DNA of 58,104 nucleotides, counting the filler, from Basidiobolus ranarum (taxonomy: Eukaryota): NCBI GenBank assembly GCA_040143965.1. It is 3 parts of 3 records of this genome, joined end to end, with 100 filler letters (N's around TTAATTAATTAA, not from the genome) between each part and the next. Parts side by side here need not be neighbours in the genome. Positions count along the whole stretch, not along the records: positions 1 to 19,339 come from JASJQH010000253.1; positions 19,440 to 38,738 come from JASJQH010000254.1; 1 more part is not named here. The stretch is one strand, 5' to 3'. The position numbers and the translations under genes were made by a program. The notes beneath the pieces are model-generated. The model ran no database searches and had not been told where the DNA came from. It saw nothing but the letters and a program-made list of their open reading frames with translations. Positions 12,204 to 25,955 of this stretch are shown piece by piece. The first letter of the stretch is position 1. Each line of letters opens with the position of its first letter.

Positions 12204-12604
12204 GATTACTAGGTGAGTGAAATAAAGGCCAAGAAATATGTCAAGGTACACTATGTTATTATTCTTTCTTATGATTTGACGCGTGTGATGATTTTTTTTC
12301 AAGTAAAATCGATATCTAGGCTGGTATGAAATCAAGATTGCATTATTCTAGTTCAAAGGCCAATGCTGATTATAATATAATTAGACATGTCAGAGAAGGC
12401 CCCGTACATGAGGTTTCATTTCACGTTTTAGTTAGTGGATTAATATGTAATTTTGATGATAGTTGTCATGATTGCTTTACTTGCAGTCACCCAACCCAAC
12501 CACTTATCATTTTGTTGATTTCATCGTTATAAGCGTTGACACAACTTTAGCATACTTCTACTAAAGCCTTAGCTTCTTCCCATACTTTATCAAATATATT
12601 CCTT

Positions 12605-13377
12605 ATGCTTCGTGGCACCCGCTTGGTCATCTTCGTGTTAGTGTTATTAACATTAGCTTTGACCTTGACCACGTTTCTAAACGATGCGTATAATCCCTTT
12701 TATGATGCACAAATGAATCGCTTAAATGTACCTGAGCTAGACTCACGACCAGTTCCTGCGAATCTTGGTTCCTCTAATAAGTTTGCTGAAAATGAGGTAA
12801 TCATGGGTAAATTAGGAAATGCTACTGCTCGGTAAGTACAAGGTTGATTCTATTTAGTATAGAGTTAATCATTTTATTTGAACTGGTAAAGTTACTTTTT
12901 TACTTTATACAAGCTAACCTAGTTCATTTTCTATCTTCACCTACTAGAGCTGAACTTGGAAGAGCAACTTGGCATTTAGTACATACTATGGCCGCTAGGT
13001 TTCCAGAATATCCAACTGAACAACAACAACAAAGTTTACTTCAATTCTTCCACTTACTTTCTTCCTTATATCCTTGTGGAGATTGGTAAGTTTATTATGA
13101 AATAATGGTTTAAGAAGAGAAGTTAAACTTACCTTTAAATAGTGCTGAAGAATTCCAACGATTATTGAAACAGAATCCTCCACAAGTAAGTCAATTCGCT
13201 ATTTAAACAGAAGAATCTACACTAAAGAACCTCCTTTCTTTGTAGGTAAGCTCTAGAGAAGCAGCTTCCCAATGGGCTTGCGGCATTCATAATCTGGTGA
13301 ACAAACGCTTAAAGAAACCACAATTCGACTGTAGTACAGTGGCTGATCATTGGAAATGTGGTTGTGCGGATGAATAA
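12605..13377 (+). CDS. ERV2: FAD-linked ER sulfhydryl oxidase (Erv2), 4 exons
   Basis: N-terminal signal/anchor; RAELGRATWHLVH; YPCGDC (CxxC spanning an intron); WACGIHNLVNKRL; C-terminal CGC shuttle motif. Confidence 0.9.
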
Positions 13378-13653
13378 TATGTAACTACAACCATAAAATC
13401 CTCCCGACATGATTGAATTGGATACTAGTATGAATACACTCTAACTTTCAATAAATCACTTTATTAATTCTTGGAAATAAAGGGATCTTTTAAAAGGCAA
13501 GAAAAAAAATTCGTTCCACTTAGAGAGGTTACAGGCATAAAGTGAGGGTAAAAGGAATGAAAGAAAATTTCGAATGCATTACTTTGGTTTATTCGTGTTC
13601 TGTTCACCATAAATGTAAAGTGTAAAAAGAGGATGATGAGGGAGAGAGGTGTC

Positions 13654-15506
13654 TTAATTTTGGGGTCCCGTAAGTTTATCCTAGAATATCAAGGTAACAT
13701 CGAATTATTAACACGTCCAGTTAACATCATCATATCATTTGACTTACCAGAGCTCTAACTCCTTGCTCCTCCCACTCAGCTTTGGAAATCCAGGAGAATG
13801 GTCTATCTTTCAAAACTTGAGCAAGCACGGCACCACCCAAGAAGACCATGTGCTTACGACGTGGAGCATCATCGATTTGAAGCTTGAATTTCTATATTGT
13901 TTTCAGTTTAAGCAAACCAGTCATAACATCACTATAAAACGATCCCTCCACTTACACTTAATCTAGAGACATCTCCATTGAGTGTCTTGGCGAGATACAA
14001 TTGCTTCACTTCCTTCTCGAGTCTAGATGGTAATCCTGGATACATGGAAGAACCACCAGATAACACCACATGCTTGTAAAGCTCCGAACGAATATCAATG
14101 TCAGCGGCCTGGATGGTGTTGTAAAGCATCTCTAGATGTTCATTTGATTTGGTTAAATTGAATGAATTCTTCTCATTGCTCAAAGCAATCACTTACCAGC
14201 AACACCTGGTGATTCAACATCAATAAGGTGTGGTTGGAAAAGGCATTCAGGTGCTTCAAACCGTTCAGAACCAACCTTAATCACTCGTCCATCCGGAAGC
14301 TACCACGAAAAATAATGTCAAAGTCAAGTACATCATGTGACAGGGTTGAGAGAATAGTACTTACAGTATAATTTTCGACCAAGACGGTGGTTTCAGTAGC
14401 CAATTTTTTGTCCAAGTCCAAATCATAACTAGAAAGATGTTAATCTTTAAACAAACCTTACTTTTAGCTTTCTTTAATTACCTGACGTAGCAGAGCTTCT
14501 CCTTGATCTGACGAACAGTCTCAAAATCGGCAGTTCTGTTAAAGTTATACCCACGATGTTGTAAGAGTTTGATCAAGTATCTGGTAACATCTCTACCAGC
14601 AACATCTAAACGACGTGTCAAGTGAGGAAGAGAGTATCCTTGATAAACTGGAATGACATGGGTAACACCATCACCAGAGTCAACTACAACACCAGTCAAG
14701 AGACCTGATTAACTTGGATGAGTAACTGATACAAAAGAAGATACGATGAATAAATCCATGATATAATCAACCATATACCTTGAGCATAAAGAGTCAAAAC
14801 AGCTTGAATAGCAACGTAGATGCTTTGGAAGCCATATTCCTCAAACATCACTTCCGCCATCTTCTCTCGGTTAGCTTTGGGGTTCATGGGTGGTTCGGTC
14901 AGTAAAACACGACAATCCTTTGGATCAACTTGAAGTTTTTCATAGAAGGTGTAGTCCCACAAATGTTTCATATCTTCCCAGTTACGAACGATACCGTTCT
15001 CCAAAGGGTATGACATTTGTAAGATGGAACGAAGTTCAGCTGCTTCATCTCCGACCATGATATCCTTGACCTCAACGTCACCAACTTTTTCTTCAGCACG
15101 AAGGATTGGTCTTCCTACTACCGATGGGAAAACATACTGAGGGAAATTTGAACCGGCATAACCGACTTTGGCAAACTAAGTGGATAAAATCGATTGATTA
15201 ACAAAGTGTAAATTAAGGAAAGAAAAGTGTCAAGTTTCGGGGAAATAAAAGAGAGAGAGAAGATAGAAAAGTTTGTAAAGTGTTTAACGCGGTTTAAACC
15301 AACTAAACTCAACTTTACTATTAGAGTAGCTTGGATGGTAGGGACAAGATGAGATGACAGGAAAAGGTCAACAACTTGAGATTATCCTTCATCAAAACTC
15401 GGCCCAAGAATAAAGAGACATAAAAATTGAAGTTGGTTCTTTCCAACCAAAATACGACACTTACCCCGGTACCATTATCAACAACGAGAATTTTCGACGA
15501 GTCCAT
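13654..15506 (-). CDS. ARP2: Actin-related protein 2 (Arp2/3 complex), multi-exon
   Basis: [90 protein letters not shown]. Confidence 0.95.
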
Positions 15507-16055
15507 GAATATTTCTTGTTCTTTCTAACAAAAAAACGATAGTACTATAATAGGTTCAATATATGAAATGGGGATATTAACAACGACTCGAAAGGAAGGT
15601 AGTAATTTAACAGAGAAAGTTACTTTGTAAAAGGATTATAGTATACGTAGATACCGAAAGACTACTTACTACTGATAAACTTTGAATACTTCTGTAAATT
15701 CCACGCAATACGTCAACTCTGCCGACCATTCATACCAGGGGTATTCCAGATCATCGAGCCATCCAATTAACATCAAAGCATCCAGGAATTTTTGAATTCA
15801 TAAATTAGATTAATGTCTGCGTAAGATTTAATGGATGTTCAGTGAAGAATTGGTGACCATTAGTGTGGTTTACTATCACAAATGAATACATTTAAGATTG
15901 GACACTATTGAAGGGAAATGTAGCGACTTTTAATGTAATAAAGTTCAAATTTATCTTCCAGCATAACATAAACATAATGAAGTATAGCTTATCGTGAAAC
16001 GATGCATAACATAATAAATATTTGAAACTTATTCAGCTCTCAATTGATCCCTTGT

Positions 16056-18856
16056 TCATTTGGCGAAATGGAAATCCCAGGAGTCCAACCATTTTCTAGC
16101 AAGCACTTGTTCGGCATCAAGTCCCATATCTCCATAAGTTAATGGTGCAAAGAAAACAAATACACCGACTTGAGCACCAATAATTAAAAGAGCTGCGAGG
16201 CAAGCACCCCAACCAGCTCTTGGTCTGTAAACAGGAACAAGATCACCCTTGGCAGGAAGAGAAGCGGGGTATTCAATACCCTGTATAAATACGAACTGGA
16301 ACAATACTGCAACAATCATGTAATTCAACACAATGGCCGGAAGGTAATGATGAAGGAACAAAGAGCGCCCCATGAGGAAGAATGGAATATAATGAAGGGC
16401 CCAACCTAATAAGAGGAAGCCACCAGCGTAATGGAGACGTGTTCTCAATACTAAAAACGATTCAATTAATGTTAACAATGGATCTCAATAATATTAAAAA
16501 ATAGAATATGTCAATTTTACCTGGATCGATCAAATACAACTTTCTTCTCAAAGCCAGTTGATCAGCGAGAAGTACACCAATAAAGGCAGTAAGTGATAGA
16601 TATCCAAGAACCCAGCCGAATGGATTGGGCAAGAAATAGATCTGGCTGCGGTCAGATCCTCTAGTCCAGAACGAGATACCACGGATAACGAATGGCCAAG
16701 TGATAGGGTTAGATTGGAAAGGATGTGTAGCGACGAGTTGGGAGTTTTGAGAGATCATTTTCTTTTGAAGTTCCCAGAACTTGACGAAGAAATTTACGTG
16801 TTTAACTGTGCGTGGTACCCGAGCCTCCTCTGTAGCGTTTTTTCCTAAGATCTCATCAACAGTCCAAATATTAGAAGAATCTTTAGGATTCTTGTTGCCG
16901 TTTACTTCCTGTTGTCCAGCTCCCCATTCAGGTAAAGCTTCGTTATGTGTCCAGAGTGCAACTCCAGTATCAATATGAATAAACTTGATGCCGCTAGCTT
17001 TTGTCTTCAACACTGAATCATCAGAAGCACCATCTTCGATGGAAATTCTAAAGAGAGTCTCATTGAATCGTGAGGTATCTTCGTTAGAGATCGTGGTGAA
17101 TTCGGTGTTTGTAGGCATCAAGGGAGAGGCAACGTCATGAGTAAGAAGAGTAGAGTTGGTAGCAATATGCTCAAGTTGAACAATATCTCCGTTTCTAACT
17201 GGTTGAATCTCTTCATCGTGGTCTTCATCCAAAGGTTTACCGGGCTTAATTCTCCAGTAGTTGTTGGGATCCTCTCTATGAGGATACCCGGTTACTTGCT
17301 GACCTTGACTACTGATTCTTCCATCCTCGTATCTGAGAGGGTAATTCATAAGATGCGAATGGAGATATACCTTGGTGCTTTTATGAAGTAAAGTAATACT
17401 ATCGAAGTATTTGACGTCTACATTGAAAATTGTAAGTAATAAATACAATCGCACATATACTCTAGTAAGAATCATTTACCCATGCTGTTCGCATGCATGT
17501 CATTGCCTTCCAAAGTAGCCTGGAAAGTACTGCTCATGAAAGCGTCTCCAGAGCCACTCTTGGTTAAGATAGCGAAGTGGATGTAGAAGAAAGATAAATA
17601 GATAACGAGGGGTACAACAATCAAGCAGAGAGCGCGAGCCATAAAATGTTTGGCCATGTCACCCTTTAATGATAATTGGGATTAGTCAAGTGATACTTGT
17701 CTCGATGGGACATCATTTAAATTGAACAAACCATGGTAAGACCGCGACGGACATCCAACAATCTCCATAAATCTACTAACACGCTGATTCCAACCAGACC
17801 AACTACAAATAAGCCAACCATTTTGACACTATGAAAGTTGGATCATTTGGTGAGCGGAGAGTTGCTAAGAGTGACGTCTATGTTAAAAAAATACCTGGTT
17901 GTAAGAGCGATGTTGATACCGGTTGCTAAGAGCCAGAACCACCAGTCGGCGGAAAATGGCCTAAAATGTAGATGATGTCATGAGAAAAAGGTCGAATCTA
18001 AATAAGATAGCTTGCAAGATAAATACCTGTTACGCAGTTTGTAGAATCTAACATATGAGTAAATAGCAAGAGCCATGAACAAAATCAAAATGCTGTCGAG
18101 TAGGATAAGTCTGGATTGTGCGACCAAAGTGTTATCTGAGATTCAATGGTTCGTTAAACATGGTAAATGTACAAGAATAACCATTAGACTCTTACCAAAT
18201 ATAACCAAGCATGCACACACGGCGCAAGCCACAACGGAAAATCCACATTCACGTAGAGTTTCATAGACAACTGGAACTAAAAGAGAACCAAAGACAGCAA
18301 GAAGACTTCTCAAAGCAACATACGGAACATTCTCTGTGTGGTAATTGTTTCCAATTTCGTCAAATAAGAAATGACCGTCATAACCCACAAACCAGCCCAT
18401 GGCAGCGATAAGCATTTTTGCCAATGGAGGGTGGACGTCAAAGAAGTATTCACGACGTAAATAATAACTGGCAAATTTTCCGAAATGGACTTCATCAAAA
18501 CTACAAGAGTCGAGGATTATTATCATGTTTGAAGATGATGGTCAAATTCTCATAAAAACTACTAACACAACTTCATTGGGCTCGCTGATTTTGTAGAAAC
18601 GTGTAGCAAAAGCCAAAACTGTTACCAGTGCCAACACAATATATGAGGTTGTGTTTGTGTTTGAGTTTATCTTAGGCTTCAAGAGTAGGTAAAGGTTAGG
18701 ATGATGGACAAAAGTATTCCACTAGTCAAACAGGAGAAATACCTTGATCTTGGATTCATCTCTAGCGTCACTCGAGGATACATCTTTTGTTAGTAGCTCT
18801 TCTCGTTCATCTTCAACTACTCTACGGCGAAGAGATTTCTCGCCAGTCGATTTCAT
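16056..18856 (-). CDS. PMT4: Dolichyl-phosphate-mannose:protein O-mannosyltransferase, PMT4 subfamily, multi-exon
   Basis: VV|FDEVHFGKFASYYL, FFDVHPPLAK, MIR-domain HSHLMNYPLRYEDGRISSQGQQVTGY, LFLHHYLPA. Confidence 0.9.
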
Positions 18857-19339
18857 TTCGTGTAGTAACGAAGCACAGGATTCGATTTCAACAAAATAAA
18901 GACAACAAAATCATGATACAAACATAGCAACCCTCTTGAACATTAATGGACCAATTAGCGCATTCCATCGCATGGAATCGGTCGAATTCTACGTAGACTA
19001 GAGATTGTTGATATCAGGAAATGTGCACAATCGAGGAAATAACTTAATCTATTTCTAGAGTTTCTATAGCCAATCAATGTCAATACAATGATAAAAATAG
19101 CGAATTCCCTACTACGACATATCAGGAGAAGAATTAAATCAATGAAAACTGGCAAGAAAATTATCAGCTATCAGTGTAAATGGGATATTTATAAATCAGT
19201 AATTGGAGTCTAGATTTAGTAAGGGTAACTAGATCAAGGCATACATCAACGCGTATTGCAAGTGAAGATATTTCCAAGAATATTACAAGGGCATCAACGC
19301 GTATTATGAATGGAAGCTTTGTGAGAATAAGCGTAACAT

Positions 19340-19439
19340 NNNNNNNNNNNNNNNNNNNNNNNNNNNNNNNNNNNNNNNNNNNNTTAATTAATTAANNNNN
19401 NNNNNNNNNNNNNNNNNNNNNNNNNNNNNNNNNNNNNNN
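19340..19439. other. Artificial contig-joining spacer (N44-TTAATTAATTAA-N44)
   Basis: Exactly 100 nt; the central 12-mer gives stops in all six frames; identical spacer at 38739. Confidence 0.95.
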
Positions 19440-19577
19440 ATCAATGCCAGTTATCAAAATAGATTCTTGCCAATGTATCTTCCTTGTCCAGTCTTGTCTT
19501 GTGGTCTACACCCAAGTACTCTCCTGCCTTCTAGCCTCTTGTTGTTGTTTCCAGTCCTTGTCCAGTTCCTTATTGTG

Positions 19578-19725
19578 ACAAGTTCAATATAGGACAACTA
19601 AACACTAAGCAATATATGACTATATAGGTGTTTAGGCAATGCTAACTTACACTCAATAAACCAATGAGTGAAAGTCACCAATTCTTCTAGTTCTCCAAAT
19701 TACCTTCAACAACCCCAAAATACTA
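19578..19725. repeat. Dispersed repeat family, copy 1 (hairpin + core + partial reversed arm)
   Basis: Core TATATGACTATATAGGTGTTTAGGCAATGCTAA shared with copies at ~38255, ~39010 and ~54146; CTCAATAAACCAATGAGTG... matches 54339 onward and the reverse complement of ~37955-38029. Confidence 0.75.
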
Positions 19726-19958
19726 TGACACAGGAAACATGGGGAATGAGAGGGATTCAAGTAATAATGCAGATGTAACTAAAAAGGTTATGCTATAAGA
19801 GTCAGATTAAAAGCAGTAGAATTTGAAGAATTCACCATTTATTTTGATATTGAGTATAAAAAGCATATTTAAAATGGATTCATGCAACCATAGGATTAAG
19901 GTATCTTGGAAAAGTGCTCTTATGATGAGATTATCATTACCAGCTTATATGAATCAAA

Positions 19959-21087
19959 TTATTGGGATTTTGGTTTTAGATCATAACTTAGTTGGTCCAA
20001 TTGAAATTCATCAATCACAGATTGCTAAAGTAGAAAGAATAATAAAAAATGAGAAGGAAAGTGAATGGAATGGCTTGATGTTAATTAATGGTTTACCTCA
20101 GAATGCTCCCATAGCGAGAATGTTTTCCCTTCACTACGACTGGGTAGACGAGCATATTCTTTGCCATTACGAATCAAGACCACCGTAGGTAATTCAAGAG
20201 TGGTACTAGATGTACTCACATCGTAAGTCGCGGCTACTTCAGGGTATTTTTCAACATCAATCTTGCCTATAAGTAGAGATGTGTTGGTTGGTGGAGAAGG
20301 GACATATACTAATCAGCACATACCAAATTTTAATGTATCACTGCCATAACTAATAATCAAAGTTAGCATCTGATATGTAAAGTGTAGTTATAGTGATGTG
20401 AATGACTTACGCTAAAGATAATTTCGCATATGGAACTTCGAAATATTGGCACTTGGGTGACCACGATACCGCCAGAAGTAGTACCCAAGCTAATTCGTTT
20501 CCATCTTCTTTGAGAGTATTTTCTATCTCTTGTGCTAACTCGGCATTCGTTAATTCTTTGACGTTACTGGGACCTTGGTACGAGGGTTGAGGGCAAAATA
20601 CAAACAAAGCTAAGAGAAATGTTGGTTATGGTTAGAAAACTGATACTACCATTACTCTCCTACTACTCTCCATCCTTTCGTACTAAATAAAATATCACCT
20701 GTCCATACTCCAAGGTAAAATAAGATCAACTTCCAAGCACCATAAAAGTACAACAGGAGTAACCCTCCTACTTTAGCATATAGAAAGGTTACAGATAGAA
20801 ACTCTTCTGCAGAACCTGTTTTACGGAATTTGAGCAAAATGAAGAAGGAAATACCGAGGTATATCCGTTGCTCTATCTTTCAATAGATGGAAATAAAGTG
20901 TGAATGGGAAATTCGACTAAACCCTATATATAACGGCAGATCATACTGTAGCTTGAACTTGGTCTGGATCAGCAAATAAGAAGCGTTGGCATAAAGTTGG
21001 AGTGAAACGAACAATAAAAGGTAGTGAGGAAAGTAACAGATTGCTCAAATAATGAACTCGAAATAATCGTTGCGCTAACTCCGACAT
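19959..21087 (-). CDS. TMX2: Thioredoxin-related transmembrane protein 2 (TMX2)-like, 6 exons including a 26-nt micro-exon (20324-20349)
   Basis: Spliced protein ...HYLSNLLLSSLPFIVRFTPTLCQ...QPSYQGPSNVKEL...WSPKCQYFEVPYAKLSLAYGSDTLKFGKIDVEKYPEVA...LPTVVLIRNGKE, with the SxxC-type site characteristic of TMX2. Confidence 0.8.
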
Positions 21088-21341
21088 CGTGATTGCTCTA
21101 GTAAGTTAGGGACGGTATTAGTAGTGCTACTGACTCCTACACCTGTATGAATCCTATGGGAGTGGAGATTTCCGCCCAACCCAGCTCCACATTTATGTCC
21201 ACTAATTTTGATGAATTCATGTTGCATTAGTTAAGCTAGATTCGTTGGATGATATTGAAAAAGTGATTATTTCTTATAGTACGGAGTGTGTTTAATATTT
21301 ATTCTTCAACTACGCTATTAACTTTATATTTTGCTTACTAA

Positions 21342-24300
21342 ATGCTGTCGGCCAAGGCAATTCAAATAGAAAAGGATATTAATGTAGCGAGGTGTCAAGC
21401 CAATTGGCCCGCCATTCCTGAACTTGCTCGACGCTTCAAGAAACATAATCCTGCTGGGGCTGGTTAGTTGCTCAGTATAGCCCTACTTGACTTTCATTTC
21501 AAAAACCTAGTAACACGTCATTGCTAAATAATAGCTCTTTCGGAAACTATCCTTGCGGAGAGCGCCTTGGCTCATGCAGTAGAAAGACGTCCAACCCTAT
21601 CCTCAGATGCTTTCGATCAAGACGATGCTCATCACCTTACTCTACCCCATTTCCTTTCAGAGGCCGATGTTGCAGGGCCACGTGAGCAGTTACAAAAAGC
21701 ATCAAGCATTGCTGATGGTGATACAAAACAGGTTGGCTAGTATTTCGGATTATACCGTATTAAGGAAATGCATTTTGACTTCGCTTTCATAAAAGGATAC
21801 CAATATTGTTCTTGCTCGGACTTATTTTGAGACTGGCGCTTTCAATGAATGCTTAGAGGTTCTTAATAATATTCCTAATCAGTTTGAGAAAGCGAGTACC
21901 AGTGGATATAATGCTATTCTGCATTTGCAACGTCTTGTTATGAAGGGTAAGAGTGACTCAGGGGATAAAGCAACGGTGATGTTTACTCATGAAATATTTT
22001 AGGAATATCTCTGGAGAAGACTGATCGTATAGAAGAAGCGCTGAATGTATTCGACAATTTCTGCGAAGTAATTAGTAAGAATGAACTAGAAAGTGGATTA
22101 CCAGCGTTTCACTGGGTGGAAGAGGGGCTGTATAGAGTACCTTTTTTACGCTTGAGAATAGGGTAGGAAATTTTGTTTCTAGTCACATCAAAGCCCACTG
22201 CTCATAACAACTGTACACCTACGTTACCTCTTTAGCCAAACTGAGCAGGCTTTTGAAGCTTTTAGACTCTACTATGGCCAATCTGTCAAGTGGCCGCCTA
22301 TATTTAGAGTATACAAAAGATTGCACATACATCAAAGATTCATTATTCATCTCTCTGGAGCGTATCGTAAAGGAGATTACGTTCCACCCAACGTTCCTAT
22401 TTCATCGTCTTCCAAGTATGTAGTAGTCCAATTGAATAGTTGTGCGATGGATTCATAATTAATTAGAATTGTTTGAAGTAATCTCTCCACTGTGTACACT
22501 CCACAAACATTCCGCCAAGAAATGACAGCCGTCCATTCCATGTATGAAACACTCCTTTACTCCGTGACGACTTTCCCCAAGGCCGGACATGTGAATCAAA
22601 AGGTTTTGGATATGGTAGAACAAGCGATCAAAGATTGGGAAATCATGAATGTTGGAAATGCCTCACATACCCGACAGCTTGTTGATGTAAGAAAAATTCA
22701 TCTTAACCCTGTACTACAGCCCTGTTATTAAACACCCTTTTAGATTCTGTATCGTGCGACACAATATACCTTCAATTCTCCTCGTATCCTCCGTCACCTG
22801 GTTAAAAGCTTGTATGATCTGGGCGAATACTCTGAGGCAGAAATGGCCATCAGCTCATATGTGGAGTTAACGGAAAAGACGGCATTTGAGATTGAATGTA
22901 GAAGAAAGAATACCGCTTTCTCAGAAGATACCCTTTACGAAGGGCTTGAAGTGGAGGATGTGGTTGATAGAATCGAAGTATTAGTTATGGGAGCCACACT
23001 GAAAGCCAAGGAACTTCGAAAGGTTTCTTAACACTCTTTGACTGAATTAAGTTGACGATGTATTTGCTAATTTTAGTCGCATTAGTCACACGAAAGTTTG
23101 GAACTAGTTGAAAAACTACTAGTCCTCGCCATTCATCCCGAAGTTCCGCAAATCTTGAAGGCCAAATCCTGGCAAACAGCTGGATTAGTGTACGGTTTAA
23201 TCACTAATGAGGGTACGATTTGTTTGACACATAGATCAGCATCTCTAAAATCCATGTCATTCTAATCCATTTTTCTCCCACATGGTTCAGCTTTGGATCC
23301 CTCTGAACGACCCCGCCTACATCAAAAAGCACTAGATGCTTTAACAACGGCCATTAATTTCGATTCAACCGATTCCATGAGCTATTTCATGCTTGCACTT
23401 CAGCACGCGGATGGCCGAGAGATCGCACCCGCCATTGAGACTATCAAACAAGCTCTGGAACTTGACCCTAGTCATATTCCCTCATGGCATCTGCTAACCT
23501 TACTATTGTCCTCCCAAAAGGAATACGAGGCGGCACTTAAAATCTGCGAAGTTGGTCTAAGTGAATCCGAATGGGATCTTAGTGAGGGAGTAACCGAATA
23601 TCCTCCTAGCTTTACTGCGAATCGTCTTGAAGGAGAGGAATTCTGGGCCCTCAAGCTTACTCAAGCTGCGCTCTCGGAAGTATTGTATGGTACAGAACAT
23701 TCTTTACATCAATATGGATCTCTCTTTTATCTCTATGGTAAGATATTTGGGGAAAGCTCCGCTAATGGAAGCACCAGTGATTTTGGGAGCACCACAAGTC
23801 TTCGAAAAAAAGATATAGATGATCTTAGCCTACAAACCGATCCAAATGTTAGCTATTTAACCGTAAATAGTGCCCAAGAGAAGCGACTTCGCTCTAGCTC
23901 GTTGTCTACAAGACTTGGCAGAGGTTGGTATTTCTAAAGATCCATACTCTCCCACCACTTTAATAACCAAAAGATTCTCTCCGAATATAGGATCAGTTAG
24001 ATCAACCGTGCAATCCCAGAAAGGATCCACCTCCTCTATTCGTCTTAACTCCACATCACCTATTCCTGAAAAACCTAATGGTATGATGGCTAGACCTACG
24101 GAAAAACAAATCTCACGACGTCAGAATGCCATCTTCTTCCTCACGGAGCTATGGCTGATCTCCGCCTCAGCCTTTCGTCGCGCTGCCAAATATGATGATG
24201 TTAGACAAGCTCTGGATGAAGCCGAGAGTACTGACTCTGCTTCACCGGAAGTTTGGTGCCAGGTGAATATAGATTGAAAACTTCGATCCACCCAACATTG

Positions 24301-24719
24301 ACATTAAGCATTTTTCATGTATTGATAGTTTGGACAGCTATTCTTGGATCAGAACAATTGTGACTTGGCAACGATCAATTTCCAGAAAGCCTTGGCGTTA
24401 GATATTCATCATGTCCCTAGTATGGTTCAAATGGCACGCACTTACATTCAAACTGGGAACGTTGAAGCAGCGGAAGGTCTATTGGCTAGTGTTACCAAGG
24501 GAAAGGGATGGGATTGCGCAGAAGCCTGGTAAATACCCTATTTTTCCTTGTGATTACGCTTGTTATTCACTGCTTAAATCAATTTCTTTGCATAGGTTTT
24601 ATCTGGGCATCGTACTTAAATCTACTGGTCGCATAGCCAAAGCCAAGGAATGCTTCTGGTATGCTCATGATCTTGAAGAAACTAGACCCGTTCGGTCATA
24701 TAGTATTTTGCGAAGATGA
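21342..24719 (+). CDS. YPP1: TPR scaffold protein Ypp1/TTC7 (PI4-kinase Stt4 complex subunit), multi-exon
   Basis: N-terminal DINVARCQANWPAIPELARRFKKHNP; TPR region SWHLLTLLLSSQKEY; C-terminal GWDCAEAWFYLG...ECFWYAHDLEETRPVRSY. Confidence 0.8.
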
Positions 24720-25732
24720 ACTCTGGAGTAATTAATTGTACTTCAATGTCCCCCTTTTTTTGCTATATCAATACAAATCCTTCTAAATCTCCCCCTTTCC
24801 TCTTTTGTTATTTCGATTCAAATGGACCATTAGAAATCATTCTACCACACAAACTAATAAACAACCAGTGAATTTACCAGTACTCCCTCTAACTCATATT
24901 ACCAGGTGATATTTGAGCAAATAAGGAAATAATAGGGGGAAGGAACTCGTGCCAAAATGGAGATACTCATCCCCACATTTAAGACCCATACAGACCCTGA
25001 ACCTTTGGTTGAACTGGAAAATATTAGTCATGAAGGGTGGTGATTACTCAACATTGTATAAAAATAACTACCTGGATATCTAGATATCCTTGGTATTGAC
25101 CACGCGCTCCATTGTGATACCAACCAGACCTTATCGATATACTCGCTTGGATGAATATGAATGATCCACTTATTATTAATCAAAATAACGACCATGATGT
25201 GACATTGCCACGCCAAGAAGAATAGAATAGCGACTTGACTTAGTAGAGAGAACTTGTAGAATGAACCTTAGCTTCGAAACTACCTCTAAGTTGATTCTGT
25301 TTACCTATGGTGCAAGCGTATGGTGCAAGCATTGAGCAGTGTTCTGAGCTTTTGTATTCAACATTACTTGCATAATCTGATCACCGCTTTCTTAATTTGG
25401 TAAGAATAGTAATCTACAAGCTCTTGGAGTGATTTTCCAAGGTAACCACGCGATGCTGTAGCCCTGTACCGATACTGCACAGATACCCCACTTTCGAAAA
25501 AAAGAAATGATCATCATCGATAAGTGAAATATCTAAATTTGGACATGTCAACTTTTTGGGATCCACAACTGTGGCGTGTAGGGAAATTTTAGATATCAAA
25601 CCCTTTTTGACATGTTTTATGTGGTACTAATAAGACATCCTTCCTCTTTCAAAAGATTCCCTTGATACAACTGAGTGTTGGTATTTAAGGGTCCTTTCGC
25701 AATTTGTAGAGCCTTCTAAACATTTTGCTGTC

Positions 25733-25955
25733 ATGTCTGCTCATATCCGAACCTTCTCTCGGGTAGTTGCCGAAGTCCCCAAATATGCCGCTGTGAGCGC
25801 TCTGGTCGCCGGTGGTATCTGGTACACCAATCTCATTGTCAAGGGTCAAGAAGTATTCTATTTCAAGTGAGTAATCATGTCAATCGCAATCGCTATACAC
25901 ATCCTGATATATGTACTAATCCCATCTTATTAGTGCCACCAAGCAACGTGCTTAA
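25733..25955 (+). CDS. 51-aa single-TM microprotein, paralog A (2 exons: 25733-25866, 25934-25955); possible truncated NDUFA4/COXFA4 (MLRQ/B12D)-like
   Basis: MSAHIRTFSRVVAEVPKYAAVSALVAGGIWYTNLIVKGQEVFYFNATKQRA; intron GTGAGT...TACTAAT...TAG; aligns without gaps to paralog B. Confidence 0.75.

Noticed and set aside
13241-13251. AG|GTAAG junction in ERV2 resembling a recursive splice site
   Set aside because: It simply encodes Val-Ser at the start of the terminal exon, and the introns here are far too short to need recursive splicing.
15176-15464. Unusually long first intron of ARP2 (~289 nt) as a possible snoRNA host
   Set aside because: A C-box-like TGATGA is present but no matching D box (CTGA) or terminal stem was found.
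19384-19395. Palindromic TTAATTAATTAA inside the N-runs
   Set aside because: Synthetic linker, not a biological motif.
25084-25225. Exon-like fragment (ISLVLTTRSIVIPTRPYRYTRLDE...) downstream of YPP1
   Set aside because: No start, no upstream exons and no family resemblance.
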